A stretch of 64,000 bases of DNA from Thecamonas trahens ATCC 50062. Lineage: Eukaryota; Protista; Apusomonadida. Numbering within the stretch: position 1 is the stretch's first letter; each line of letters opens with the position of its first letter. This document shows, piece after piece, positions 10,591-20,987 of the stretch. Below the pieces are notes generated by a model, which saw nothing but the letters and a program-made list of their open reading frames with translations, was not told the origin of the DNA and ran no database searches. The translations under genes and the position numbers were made by a program. The stretch is from positions 248,001-312,000 of the forward strand of contig NW_013657652.1 in the NCBI RefSeq assembly GCF_000142905.1, read 5' to 3'.

Positions 10591-12384
10591 CTAGGACGAC
10601 ATGGGCCTTGCGACGCAGACGCCAAACGGGTCAGGCATCGAGTACGGTTTGTCGCGCATCCACGGCTCGTTGGCCATGCCAAGTTCGCGGTCTTCGCCGA
10701 CGTGCTCGAACCGATCTGGCCGCCCGACACGGTGCGGGAGTGGAAAGCGGATCACCTTGGCGGCTCCGATGGCAGGCCCGTCCTCGCCATCGCTCGAATC
10801 CGAGTCCGAGCCGGGCGGGTCGATCGGCGGCGGCGGCGGCTCAAAACACGCCTCAAACACCTCGCCGACTTGCGGGAGAAAGACAACACCAAGCTCGTAC
10901 GACTCTATCCGGAGCGAGGCCGACGGTGTGCCTGCCCGCTCGATGACGCCCCACGCCGGTTTGGAGAGGTTGGCCGAGGTGAGGAGCACCCACCAGAGGC
11001 GGCGCGGATCATTGCCGCTCACCCGCGCGTAGCTCTTAATGTGCGGGACGTGGCGGACAAGGCCGGATGCTGCTGCGTCCCATCTTGCCATGGCCACGCC
11101 AGCCTTCACCGCTCGCCGCACCTTGGCCGACAAGATCGGCAGTGAACCGCCGCCTGCATAGCCCTGGACGGAGCTGCGCACGGTCTCGGCGCTTGGAACG
11201 TACAGCGTTGCGCCGGCCCCAGCTCGCCCGCGCCCGCCCGGCAGCGCCTCCATCGACGCCAGCAGCTGGTCAGCATACCACTTCTTGGTCATCGAGCCGA
11301 GTGACGAGCATTGGAGTGCAATCGAGTCGGACGTCTCGGGGCCACTCGCAAGGGCAGCGCACTCGTCGAGTGCGCAGCGCAGCGCCAAGTGCCCGAACGC
11401 CGTCCACGGTGTGGCCGACGTCATCCGCCGCCCTTGGCCGCCTGTAGGTGGAAGATATCCAGGGCTGGGATACGAGCCGGGCACCGAGGCGATGAGCCTC
11501 ACATGCGAGTCGGCGGGTCCAAACTCATACCTTGGCAGACGATCGAGGACAAACGCACGGAGGCGTGGCAGCGCGCAAGGATCGGCAAACGAGTGGTGCT
11601 CAAAGTAGCGAATGAGATCAGCCTCAAACCGTGAGGTCGGCGACGAAGACCTGGTAGCCTTGCGTTCAAAGTCGGCGCTCCACACACCCTGGCTCTTGCT
11701 CTCCCAGTCGCCGGGCTCCATGTTGGCAGTGTGGATGACGACGCGCACGCGATCGGGCGAGAAGAACAGCATGGCCTTGGTGTGGTGGGTGCCATAGCCA
11801 AGGACCCGCGGATAAATGACGTGGACATGCGGCTCGCTTTCGTGCCCGCTCAGCGCCTTGGCCCACACTTGCGCTGCCGACGGAAGCAGCGCCCGCGCCT
11901 CCGCAAGCACCAGCGTCGGCACGGCCATCAGCGCCGGTATCGCGCTTGCCAGCCACTCGAGATCAAAGGTGTACGAGGTGAGAACCATCGCCTCGAGCTC
12001 GTCGGCTGGCGGGACTAGCTCCTCCAGCCGCACCCATCCCCCGTCGTGACTCGCCGGCTCGAATCTCCTCGGGCGGATGAGCCGGAACCCGTAACGCGCG
12101 CCACCGTCGCCACCGTCACCAGCCGCTCCCGCTTCCGCCGCCGTCCGCCGCCGCTTGGCCTCCACTCCCGACTCGTCTCCCGATTCCGAGCGCTGCCGCT
12201 TCCGCGTCGCGGCAGAAGCAGGCGCACTGCCAGCAGCAGGCGCACTTGGCTCGTCGTCCTCGGACGAGAGGCCGGTCAGGTCGATAGTCAGCGGTGGCGG
12301 GCGCCTGATCACCGCAGCCTGAGCGTACTCGTCGTCGCCGCTTCCCACGTCCTCTATCCATACCACCGAGCGGGAAGAGTCCAT
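10591..12384 (-). CDS. TDP1: Tyrosyl-DNA phosphodiesterase 1
   Basis: Two HxK motifs (GTHHTK...HTAN; PHIKSY...TSANLSKPAWG), plus KSQGVW, LIASVPG, QCSSLG and SYELGV. Confidence 0.92.
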   Translation of the reverse strand: MDSSRSVVWIEDVGSGDDEYAQAAVIRRPPPLTIDLTGLSSEDDEPSAPAAGSAPASAATRKRQRSESGDESGVEAKRRRTAAEAGAAGDGGDGGARYGFRLIRPRRFEPASHDGGWVRLEELVPPADELEAMVLTSYTFDLEWLASAIPALMAVPTLVLAEARALLPSAAQVWAKALSGHESEPHVHVIYPRVLGYGTHHTKAMLFFSPDRVRVVIHTANMEPGDWESKSQGVWSADFERKATRSSSPTSRFEADLIRYFEHHSFADPCALPRLRAFVLDRLPRYEFGPADSHVRLIASVPGSYPSPGYLPPTGGQGRRMTSATPWTAFGHLALRCALDECAALASGPETSDSIALQCSSLGSMTKKWYADQLLASMEALPGGRGRAGAGATLYVPSAETVRSSVQGYAGGGSLPILSAKVRRAVKAGVAMARWDAAASGLVRHVPHIKSYARVSGNDPRRLWWVLLTSANLSKPAWGVIERAGTPSASLRIESYELGVVFLPQVGEVFEACFEPPPPPIDPPGSDSDSSDGEDGPAIGAAKVIRFPLPHRVGRPDRFEHVGEDRELGMANEPWMRDKPYSMPDPFGVCVARPMSS

Positions 12385-12585
12385 GCCCAATCTCTATGGT
12401 TGGCTACAACACCTTTGCACGTGGGCGCCGGGACAAGACAAGTGCTCGCCCCTTTCGGCCGGTCGCCGACCGCGCGGCCGCGCAGCAGCAGTCCAACTCC
12501 AAATGGCGTGGCGGCGGGTGCATGGCATCATCACCAGCGATCATGTCATTACAGTTGTAGTCTACATTTACTTGTCCCCGCCCGC

Positions 12586-14012
12586 TTATGCATCTACAGG
12601 CTGCGGCCCAGCAGCGCGTGCGGCGTCGAGAGCAGCGAGCTTGGCGGCGTAGCCGTCGGCGGCGCGTGCTGCAGCGGCGACGGCCTTGGCGGCCATGCGC
12701 TCAGCGCGATTGACGGTCATGCGAAGCTTCTTGAACTCCTTGAGCGCCTCAATCTTGGCCTCGGTCTTGGGCCCGGCGCGTTGGCGGCAGCCTTGGCTGC
12801 GTCGCGCTTGGCGATCTGGTCCTGCAGCTTATCGGCCATCGAGTTTGCGGCCTCTTGGCGCTTGCACATCATCGACTTGGCCTGCTCGGCGGCAGCCTCG
12901 AGTTCATCGAGCCTCTCTTTGAACACCCGTTCACATTCAAGCTGGGCAATGGCGGCCTTGTGCTCGAGCTCGCGGGCCTCGAGCTCGGAGATGTGGCGCG
13001 CGTTCTCGGCAAGATTGACCTCGATCTTGTGCTTGAGCTCGTGCTCGGTAGCGAGCCGACTTTGCCGCTCGGCCTCGAGGTTCTTCTCGAGTACCGTCTT
13101 TTCCTCATTCATCTGGACGGCAAAGAGCGACGAGGCGTGCGCAAAGTCCTCGGTCCCGCCGCCGCCGGCAGCGCGCAGCTCGGCGTTCTCCTCGCGCAGT
13201 GACGCCGCGCTGGCCTGCATCTCCATGACCTTGTTTTTGAGTTCGGCCATCTGCTCCCGTGTAAAGTCAAGCTGCTCCTTGAGACCGGCATGCGCAGCCG
13301 CCAGCGGGGCGGCCGCATCTAGCTTGGCCTCGAGGTCTGCGAGCGCTTCGCGGAGCGCGACGTTTGTAGCCACCACCTTTTCGTGCTCGCGCTCGAGCTT
13401 GATCAGTGCAGCCGTCGTCTCGTTGCCCTGCCGGATAGACTCGGCAGCAGCTTCTAGCTCGAGCTGAAGCTTGGCGCGGATCTTGTTTGCCTTCTCTGCA
13501 TCGGCGTGGGCCGAGGCGAGCTCGGCGGCGGCGGCGGCGGCGTCGTTGGCAGCGACCGCAAGCTCGGCACGGGTGTCGTCGAGCGCGCGAGCGAGCTGCT
13601 CCTTCTCGCGAGCGGCGGCAGCCAGCTCTCCATCCTTAGCAGCTAGTGCGGCGTAGGCCTCGTCGACCTGGGCCTGGAACTCGTCGATGAGGGCGGTGTT
13701 GACCCTCGCGCCGCCTCCGCCTGCGCCGGCCTTGGCCTCGAGCTCGGCGATGCGGGCCTCGAGCTCGCGCTCGCGGGCAGCGGCGCGGGTAGCAAGCGCA
13801 TTCTTCTCCTGCAGCAGGTTGAAGCCGGCCTCTGCAGCGAGGACCAGGTCCGAGTCCTTGGCGGCGAGGCGGGCCTCGGCCTCAGCGAGGCGGGCTTCCA
13901 GGGCGCGGAGGCGCGGGTCGGGCGAAGCCTCGGGCTCAGCGAGCAGGTACTCGGCGTACTTGGACGGCGGCGTGGCCGGTGGCGGCCCGTTTGTGATGTC
14001 ACACAGCGGCAT
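12586..14012 (-). CDS. Coiled-coil protein with CC1 box and Spindly-like motif (candidate dynein activating adaptor)
   Basis: DLVLAAEAGFNLLQEK and SSLFAV within a continuous heptad-rich sequence. Apparent frameshift at about 12772; the corrected C-terminus ends PQPVDA* at 12586. Confidence 0.65.
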
Positions 14013-14178
14013 GGGATTGTGGTTCCCCTTCTCAGCGACGGGTGTGTCGTGTGGCCGTGTGGCGAGTTGCTTGGCGCCAACTCCACGCCAACAACGACGA
14101 CTCGAAATTGTTGAATGTCCCGCCCCCACGCCCCCACGCCTCCGCACCACAGCCTCGCCCTTTTGTACGGCGCAACGT

Positions 14179-15600
14179 TTACGTGCCAGCTGCTGGTGCT
14201 CCATCGGTCGCAATGGGGGCCTCGAGAACGGAAAAGTTGATGTAGTCGGCGAGGAGCGGATTGTAGCCCGATCGGGTGGTGGTGGCGGACAGATCGTCGG
14301 CGGCAAAGACCTTGAGCCACGCGGCCTGCTTGCAGTACTCGGTCCGTGGAGCACCGAGGCCATTGTTGAGGGCGGCCATGAGGGAAAAGTCGGTGGGGTG
14401 GAAGATGTCGGCAGTGCCGGGCGCCGGGTCGAGGACCGAGTCAAAGCGGACGGTGGCATGCCCGCGCGAAGGGTCGCGCCGCTGGACCACCGGAGCAAGG
14501 TGGCCCTGGAACGGAACCGCACCTGCAAGCGCGTCAAAGTCGGTCATGAGAAGGCCCAGCCGCGGAAATAGGTCGTGGGCGTGGGAGAGGAAGCGGTAGC
14601 CCACAGTGGGCACCCACTCCTCGGCATGCTCGCGGGACGGTCGCAGCTGCTCGACCATCCACTGCCGACCGGCCTCGATGGAAGCACCGAGCCACGAGCC
14701 ACGCGACGGCGCGTACCTTGGGAGCTCACCGACAGCCTCACGCGCGTCGAGGAGGTCGAGCAGGCCTGGCGGTGCGACGGCGGGGGTGAGTGGGACCCAA
14801 TCGATGGTCACGTCGCCGCGCCGCCATCCCGCACGCCGCTCCGGATCGAGCACGCCGCCATCAACCATTGCCAGCTGCGGCGAGTCGTCAACCCAACGGA
14901 TAAGGTCGTGCGGGCAGTTGTCGAGCACCTCGTGGGCCATGACCACCGTCGGCTTGGCCACCACCGTGGCACTTGTCGGCCGCCATTCCTGAAAGGCGGA
15001 CTGAACGAGCTCGACGCGCTCGCCATGCGCCGGCGTTAGCCGCACAGCCTGCAACGCATGCAACACAGGCGAGATCTCGACAACGGTGTACGTCAAGCGT
15101 TCGTAGAGCTCCGAATGTGCGACGGCGAGGTAGTCCAGGACGTTTCCGGCGAGCGTCCCGTTCCCGCCACCAATCTCGACAACCGCCACGGGCTCGTCGG
15201 AACGAGCGCCGGCAGCCAGCTCGGCGGCTAGCCAGCGCGCAACAGCGCGCCCGTACCACGGTGCCCAGATCTCTGCGGGCGTCGACCACGACCGCTCGAC
15301 CGCTCCGCGCGCACCCTCGAGCTGCGCCGCATACAGCCGCGCCACTGCAGCGCGGTACTCGCCCTCGTTACCCATGGCGCCCAGATCCAGCGGCTCGCCG
15401 CCGCCAGCAATTAGCTCCTCGCCCACAAAGTACGCCTCGTCCCCAGAATACAGCGCACCATGGACAAAGGCCGAGAGCGGCATGGTGCCCGCCGCCCGTC
15501 TCGGCCCTGCGCCCCGCCCCATACCCACGACCTCGCACGCCGCCAGTCCCGCCCACGCCCCCCGCGCACCACGCACCCCCACAGCTGTAGCCCGCAGCAT
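14179..15600 (-). CDS. Mitochondrial SAM-dependent methyltransferase, MidA/NDUFAF7 family
   Basis: Arg/Ala-rich presequence-like N-terminus, WSTPAE, VVEIGGGNGTLA, YTVVEISP, AHEVLDN, DIFHPTDF. Confidence 0.8.
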   Translation of the reverse strand: MLRATAVGVRGARGAWAGLAACEVVGMGRGAGPRRAAGTMPLSAFVHGALYSGDEAYFVGEELIAGGGEPLDLGAMGNEGEYRAAVARLYAAQLEGARGAVERSWSTPAEIWAPWYGRAVARWLAAELAAGARSDEPVAVVEIGGGNGTLAGNVLDYLAVAHSELYERLTYTVVEISPVLHALQAVRLTPAHGERVELVQSAFQEWRPTSATVVAKPTVVMAHEVLDNCPHDLIRWVDDSPQLAMVDGGVLDPERRAGWRRGDVTIDWVPLTPAVAPPGLLDLLDAREAVGELPRYAPSRGSWLGASIEAGRQWMVEQLRPSREHAEEWVPTVGYRFLSHAHDLFPRLGLLMTDFDALAGAVPFQGHLAPVVQRRDPSRGHATVRFDSVLDPAPGTADIFHPTDFSLMAALNNGLGAPRTEYCKQAAWLKVFAADDLSATTTRSGYNPLLADYINFSVLEAPIATDGAPAAGT

Positions 15601-15912
15601 ACTTGGTACACCTCACAACACTGTAGAGCTGTGTGTGTGTGTTTGTGTATGTGTGTGTATGTGTGAGGAAGCGAGCGGCATGCTCGCCGCGCCAGGCGGG
15701 CTTGTCCGACCTACGGACGAGGACCACAGCAGAGGAGGACGGCGGCGGCGGCAAGAGCAGCCACGACTGCAGCCACAGCCACACTCGGAGGGACAGTGTC
15801 GATCCATCGAGGGCCGGGACCAGGCTGAGCGCGACAGCCCCAGCCACAATCCATCTGCGCGCTCGCCGGGTGCTCGGGAGAGGTGTGGCCTTCATTGCGT
15901 TGTGGCCGATCA

Positions 15913-17785
15913 TCAGTAGCGGCCAGGCTGGGTGACAAAGGTGCTTGCCGCCGGCTGGGCCGTGGCCGAGGCGGACATACCGCCGGGCGGATACGCGTCA
16001 GGCGGCGGGCCGTAGGGCTGAAACTGGTGCTGCGGTGGCGGCGGGCCGCGGCGCATGTGCTGCGGCGACGGCATCATGTGTGGGGCGGTCATCATGTGCG
16101 CCGGCGGGCCGCGAGTGGGCGGATACGCCGGCGAGCCCTGCTGCATCGGCGGGAGCATGCCCGACGGGTGGGTCGGCGACCGCTGGTGGCCCGGACTCGG
16201 CGACGGCCCGGTGCGATACGATGCAGAGAGGGCGAGCGAGGTCGAGGCCCGCCCTGATGGCGAGCGAGAGTGCGAGATCGGCTTGCGCGGCGCCCGATGC
16301 GTCGCCCGCAACTCCGAGTCCATTTCGCGGAGAGTGAACTCGAGCTCGGTCCGTCGCTTGCGCTCCTGGGCGAGCTTGGCGGCGAGGACGGTCGACGACT
16401 TGACCTGACTCGGCACGCCGTCGATGTCGAGGGTCAGGTCCTCGGCGTCGACAAGTTCGTCAGGTGAGCCAAAGAGCATGAGCTTCTCGCGGAGCTTGAC
16501 ATTCTGGGCCTTGGTCGCGGTCAGCCGCTTGCGCATGCGCGCCAGCTGGTGGTCAAGATTGCGTCGCGACTTGAGCTCCGAGTCAATCTTGGCCTTGAGC
16601 CTGGCAATTTCGTTGTCCTTGCGCTCGGCGGCGGCGCGTGCCTCGGGCAGCGAGCGCATCGCACCATCAAGCGCCGACCGCATCGAGCTTATTTGTGTGT
16701 TGTATCGCGAGGCCTGCTTTGACTTGGACTCGCGCTCGGTCCGAAGCTTGGCCACCACGGTCTCCTTCTCGCGAGTGAGGAGGACGATCCGCTGGTCAAC
16801 GTCGCGCCGCCGCGCACGCTCGGTCTTCAGCTGACGCCGCCGGACCCGGAACGCGCGAACCTTGGACTCGTACAGCTGCTTGAGCTCGTCCACGGCAGTG
16901 CGGAGCTCGTTGCGGCTCATGCGGTCGTATTCGTCGTCGCTCCGTACCACGCCGCGCCCTGTGAGCGAGGCCACCGAGGCCTCAGTCGGCGCGTCTGACG
17001 AGCCCGACTCGGCGCCGCCGCTCGCACCCGTCCTCCGCCTTCTGCCTTCACGCTCGCCATCATCTGACGAGTCCGACGCTGCTGTCGACGCCGCCGGCGA
17101 GCTACGCATACTCGAAGTACGACGCAGATTGCGCGACGTCGACCGCGGGATGCCACGACGCCCGCCACCGCGCAGACTGCTGCTGCTGCCGCCGACGCTC
17201 CGCTCGCGCTTCATAGCCTCGACCTGCGCCTCAAGTTCTGCAATGCGCTTGCGATCGCGATCCCGCGCCCGTTCCTGTCGTTCCTGGTCCGCCTGCACCG
17301 ACGACGGCGCCCGCTCCTTCTGCCCGCTCACCCGCGCCTTGAGCTCGGCGTTCTTGTCCTCCAGCTCGGACGTGTACTCGCGCTCGTCCTTCAGCTCGTC
17401 CTTCAGCTCCTCCAACTTGGCCTCTGCTCGCTTCCGCTTTGCCTCCTCCCTGTCGCCGATCTATCGCAGTGAGTTCCTTGCCTAGGCGCCTCGTCCCTCT
17501 GCACTGTCTCCCTTCCCTCGCCCAAGTCACCTACGCCTCGAGCTTGGCAGTCAGCTCGCGGACTTTGTCCGAGTCCTTCCCGCCGTCCCCGTCGCTCGCA
17601 TTCTCACGGCCAGACTTTGCCTCTGCCCGGCGGGCGCGCTCCTCAGCGGCCTTCAGATCTCTGCGCAGCTGGTCGGCGTCGGCTGCCGACTCGTCGACCA
17701 CCGCCACCAGTTCCTCGTTCTCGACCTCGAGCTCTGCGATTATAGCCTCCAGTTCTTTCACCTCATTGTCCCTCCTCGAACTCAT
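15913..17785 (-). CDS. Coiled-coil protein with Pro/Gln-rich C-terminus, function unknown
   Basis: Intron 17534-17450 (GTAGGT...AACTCAC...GACAG) joins the 84-aa and 500-aa ORFs in frame (KLEA|EEAKRK). Confidence 0.75.
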
Positions 17786-18105
17786 GGCGGCCTAGCCTCT
17801 CCAAGCCCAAGAAAAGTGTACCGCACCAACCGGCCTGCTCCATACAGGCCGCCTCCCTCCTCGCCGCCACCTGCTGCCGAGTGCAGCCAGCCGCAACTGC
17901 CACCCGACCCGGCCTCTCGACCCGACCATGAATGCCACTCGGAACACGAGGTGAACATCCACCGACGATCTTCGATGCTGCCGGCTGCCGAGTCGCCGCC
18001 GCACGCACCCTTCGCTCGCTACGGCCGTCCGTCCGCACGCACGCACGCCCACACCCCACGCCGACTCGTCACCAGCCGTCCCTCCCCGCCCACCCATATC
18101 TCGCC

Positions 18106-18840
18106 ATGCTCCCGGCATCCCTTGTACTCGTTCTTGCGTCCCTGCTCCTCGCGGAACTGGCAGCTTCCCCGGCGTTGGCGTTTGACCCGCCGACGTACAA
18201 CGCAACGGTGTGGAAGGCGTTTGCGGCCAAGACTCTGCTGACGCCGTTCCCGGAGCTCCACACTGATCCGTACGAGGCTTCACCGCCGATCAACACTACC
18301 TGGCCAGCGGTTCCAGTCTGTGCCGTCGTCTATCCCAATGAGCCCGACCGGTCGTCGTACAAGCTCGCGACGTTTCCTACCCGGGCGGCGGCCGAGGCAG
18401 CGCCGGCCACCTTTGTCACTCATCTACATCCGTGCGGTCTGTGCTCAACGACCCAGGATCTGGCGGTGTACATGGCCAAGCCGGATTTGACCGACCCGGT
18501 CCGTAAGTGCGGGCTCGAGACCGCCTTTGATAAGAAGCTCGCTCTCGACTGCCTCCTCGACATCGGCTTCTCCAAGCCGTGCGCCCAGATCTGGATGTAC
18601 GACGCCATCAACTCGTTCAAGCACTGCCTCGAGCCTTGCATCAAGGCCTGGATCGAGCACACGCCCAACAACGTCCCGCCGAACTCGTACAACATGAATC
18701 CTTGCCTCGCGTGTGACCAGGAGAAGAGCGGGCCGGTCTTTGGTGTCGTCGCCGCCCGCATCCGCCGCGACTCGGGTCTCCGCTCCTCCATCAATCGTCC
18801 GCCGTCATCGATCGCCAACATCACCCACTACTACTACTGA
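18106..18840 (+). CDS. Secreted cysteine-rich protein of unknown function
   Basis: Signal peptide MLPASLVLVLASLLLAE, HxHPCGLCS..QDL.VY, numerous Cys, strong coding codon bias. Confidence 0.75.
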   Translation: MLPASLVLVLASLLLAELAASPALAFDPPTYNATVWKAFAAKTLLTPFPELHTDPYEASPPINTTWPAVPVCAVVYPNEPDRSSYKLATFPTRAAAEAAPATFVTHLHPCGLCSTTQDLAVYMAKPDLTDPVRKCGLETAFDKKLALDCLLDIGFSKPCAQIWMYDAINSFKHCLEPCIKAWIEHTPNNVPPNSYNMNPCLACDQEKSGPVFGVVAARIRRDSGLRSSINRPPSSIANITHYYY

Positions 18841-18901
18841 CGTGGATGACAGCCCGTCGCGAACGCCTTGCTTGAACGCGTTTATCTCTCACCTGGCTCT
18901 G

Positions 18902-20710
18902 CTACATCACAAGGCAGAGGCCCTTCTGCTTCTTGGCGGCGCCCTCGTCGGCGTTGGCGTCTGCGTCGCGGCGCTTGCGCTTGCGCGAGGCCTCTGCAGC
19001 GCCAGCCGGGGTGTAGATCGAGGTAAAGGTGGCGCGCTCTTCGCCGAGGTTGACATGTGCGACGTGGGTGAAAGGCGCGTTAGCAACGGTGTACATGTGG
19101 CGGACAGCGTCGTAGAGACTGTGACCCTCGGCCGGGCTCAGCTGAACAAGAACTCGCTCGTCGTCGAGCCACTTGTGGCCGCCGATTGAGTGCGGTGCGA
19201 CAGCTTCGCGGAGCTGCTTGATCCGCACCGAGGCGGTGAGGCCTGCAAGCTCAAACACGTTGTTGGGGACCGGCTCAAACGGGCCGTCGAGGTCGAGCCA
19301 CGGCACCGCGCACCGCATGACGTTGATCTTGTTGCGCCACGGCGAGACAGTGGCAGCAAGGGCATCAAACGAGCTGCTACTGGCAGTCACGTCCTCAACC
19401 GACGCACTGGCCGACATTGAGGTCATGAGCGCAAAGGCCATGCCAGTGACGAGCGCGTCAAAGCCGGCGTCATGGAACTCGGCCCCACCGGCTCCACTGC
19501 GGACGGGCGAGGCGTCAAAGCCCGCACCAAAGCTAGCGCGCTGCTTGGCCAGATCACCGAGCTGCGCGACGAGCTCGCTCAGTGCCGTCGACGTCACCAG
19601 CGGCTTGACTGCCGGTGCCTTGGACGCGATGAGCTTGGTGTCGTAGATCGGACCAAAAGTATCGCGGAGCGCGGCCTTGTACTCGGCCACCGACTCGGTG
19701 CGGAGGCCGTAGAACTGCGCCATGGTGTACGCGAGGTCGTAGGTAAGGTTGTGGCCGACAAGTGGGACCTTGGCGTCGCGGATGGCGTCGAGGACGTGGC
19801 GGAAGCCGATGGCCGCCTCGAGCTTATCACGCGCCGCCTGCGCCCGCGCGGCGGCGGCAGCGGCCTTGGCCTCCGCGTCTGACCGGGTAATGCGCACATA
19901 CTTGCGCCAGTGCGGCGCGCCCTCAACCTGCAACGACTCGGTTGCCACGTCGTCGCCAAATGCGGCCTCGATCTCTTGATGGATAAGCCGCCGGATAAAG
20001 CCCGACGCCGGGAGCGTGTCAAAGTACTCGTAGTGGAGCGCTTCGGCCGTGGAGAGCGAGTACAGCGGCTTGTCCGACGATCCGGGATCGCCAGCCCCGG
20101 AATCCTCGCCGGCGACTGTGGCCGGCTGCTCGGCCTCGTCGAGCCATGCGCGGACAGCAGCAATGAGCGCGTTCATCTTGATCAACGTCTCGGGCTTGAG
20201 CACAATGGGCTCGCGCGACTCGCCCTCGGACGCGATGCGCTTGGCCTTGATCGCTTCCTGCTCCGGCGTCAGGTAGCCGATGCCGCCAATAAAGGCCTTG
20301 TTAAAGTCAAAGCCGTTGTCGGCCAGAAAGTTGATCGACTCGGCCTGCATGGTCTGCAGCGCGTCCCACGAACCGCCGTCGCCGGTCCGCGGGAAGACGT
20401 AGAATGCCCAGGCCGAGACGGCGTAGCGGCCGGTGGCCGGATCAAGCTTGAACGTCGCCACGCCGTACTGGATGATGCAGAACGACTTGGCCGACTTAAG
20501 CACCTTGGCGTGTCGTGCCGCAAGCGAGTCGAGAGAGTGACCCTTGGTCGCCCGCCCCGCAAACAGGCCCGTGAACTCGCCGTCAATGGCCACATAGTCG
20601 GCCTCGGCCACCGCAGCCCGCAATGTCGGCAGCACCTCGGCAAAGTTATCCTTGGTCACCTCCTGCACAAACTCAGCCGAAGGAAAGACGCTTGCTCCAT
20701 GCCCCTCCAT
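18902..20710 (-). CDS. PARN: Poly(A)-specific ribonuclease PARN-like (CAF1/DEDD family with R3H insert)
   Basis: AIDGEFTG, FLADNGFDFNK, RRLIHQ (R3H), VGHN, DTK, HDAGFDA; C-terminal NLS-like RKRKR. Confidence 0.85.
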   Translation of the reverse strand: MEGHGASVFPSAEFVQEVTKDNFAEVLPTLRAAVAEADYVAIDGEFTGLFAGRATKGHSLDSLAARHAKVLKSAKSFCIIQYGVATFKLDPATGRYAVSAWAFYVFPRTGDGGSWDALQTMQAESINFLADNGFDFNKAFIGGIGYLTPEQEAIKAKRIASEGESREPIVLKPETLIKMNALIAAVRAWLDEAEQPATVAGEDSGAGDPGSSDKPLYSLSTAEALHYEYFDTLPASGFIRRLIHQEIEAAFGDDVATESLQVEGAPHWRKYVRITRSDAEAKAAAAAARAQAARDKLEAAIGFRHVLDAIRDAKVPLVGHNLTYDLAYTMAQFYGLRTESVAEYKAALRDTFGPIYDTKLIASKAPAVKPLVTSTALSELVAQLGDLAKQRASFGAGFDASPVRSGAGGAEFHDAGFDALVTGMAFALMTSMSASASVEDVTASSSSFDALAATVSPWRNKINVMRCAVPWLDLDGPFEPVPNNVFELAGLTASVRIKQLREAVAPHSIGGHKWLDDERVLVQLSPAEGHSLYDAVRHMYTVANAPFTHVAHVNLGEERATFTSIYTPAGAAEASRKRKRRDADANADEGAAKKQKGLCLVM

Positions 20711-20825
20711 CCTTGCCCTGTCCGAGTCAAGTGTCTGTCGCTAGTCGCCTCTTCCCTGTCCCCCCGCAGTGCACTCGGCAATGTCGAGTCGACTTGGCGA
20801 CTTGTCGGGGTCGGGGCCATCCTGG

Positions 20826-20891
20826 ACCGGCCACCGGCCACCGGCCACCGGCCACCGGCCACCGGCCACCGGCCACCGGCCACCGGCCACC
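20826..20891. repeat. 7-bp tandem repeat (accggcc) about 9 copies between divergent genes
   Basis: Directly visible perfect array between the PARN and HECT ligase starts. Confidence 0.9.
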
Positions 20892-20987
20892 TGAGCACCA
20901 CGACCGCGACCACGACCACCTCACGCCCACTCGACCTCGCAGCTCACCACACCACACACAGCCTTTGCCCCTCCTCCATCTATCCAA

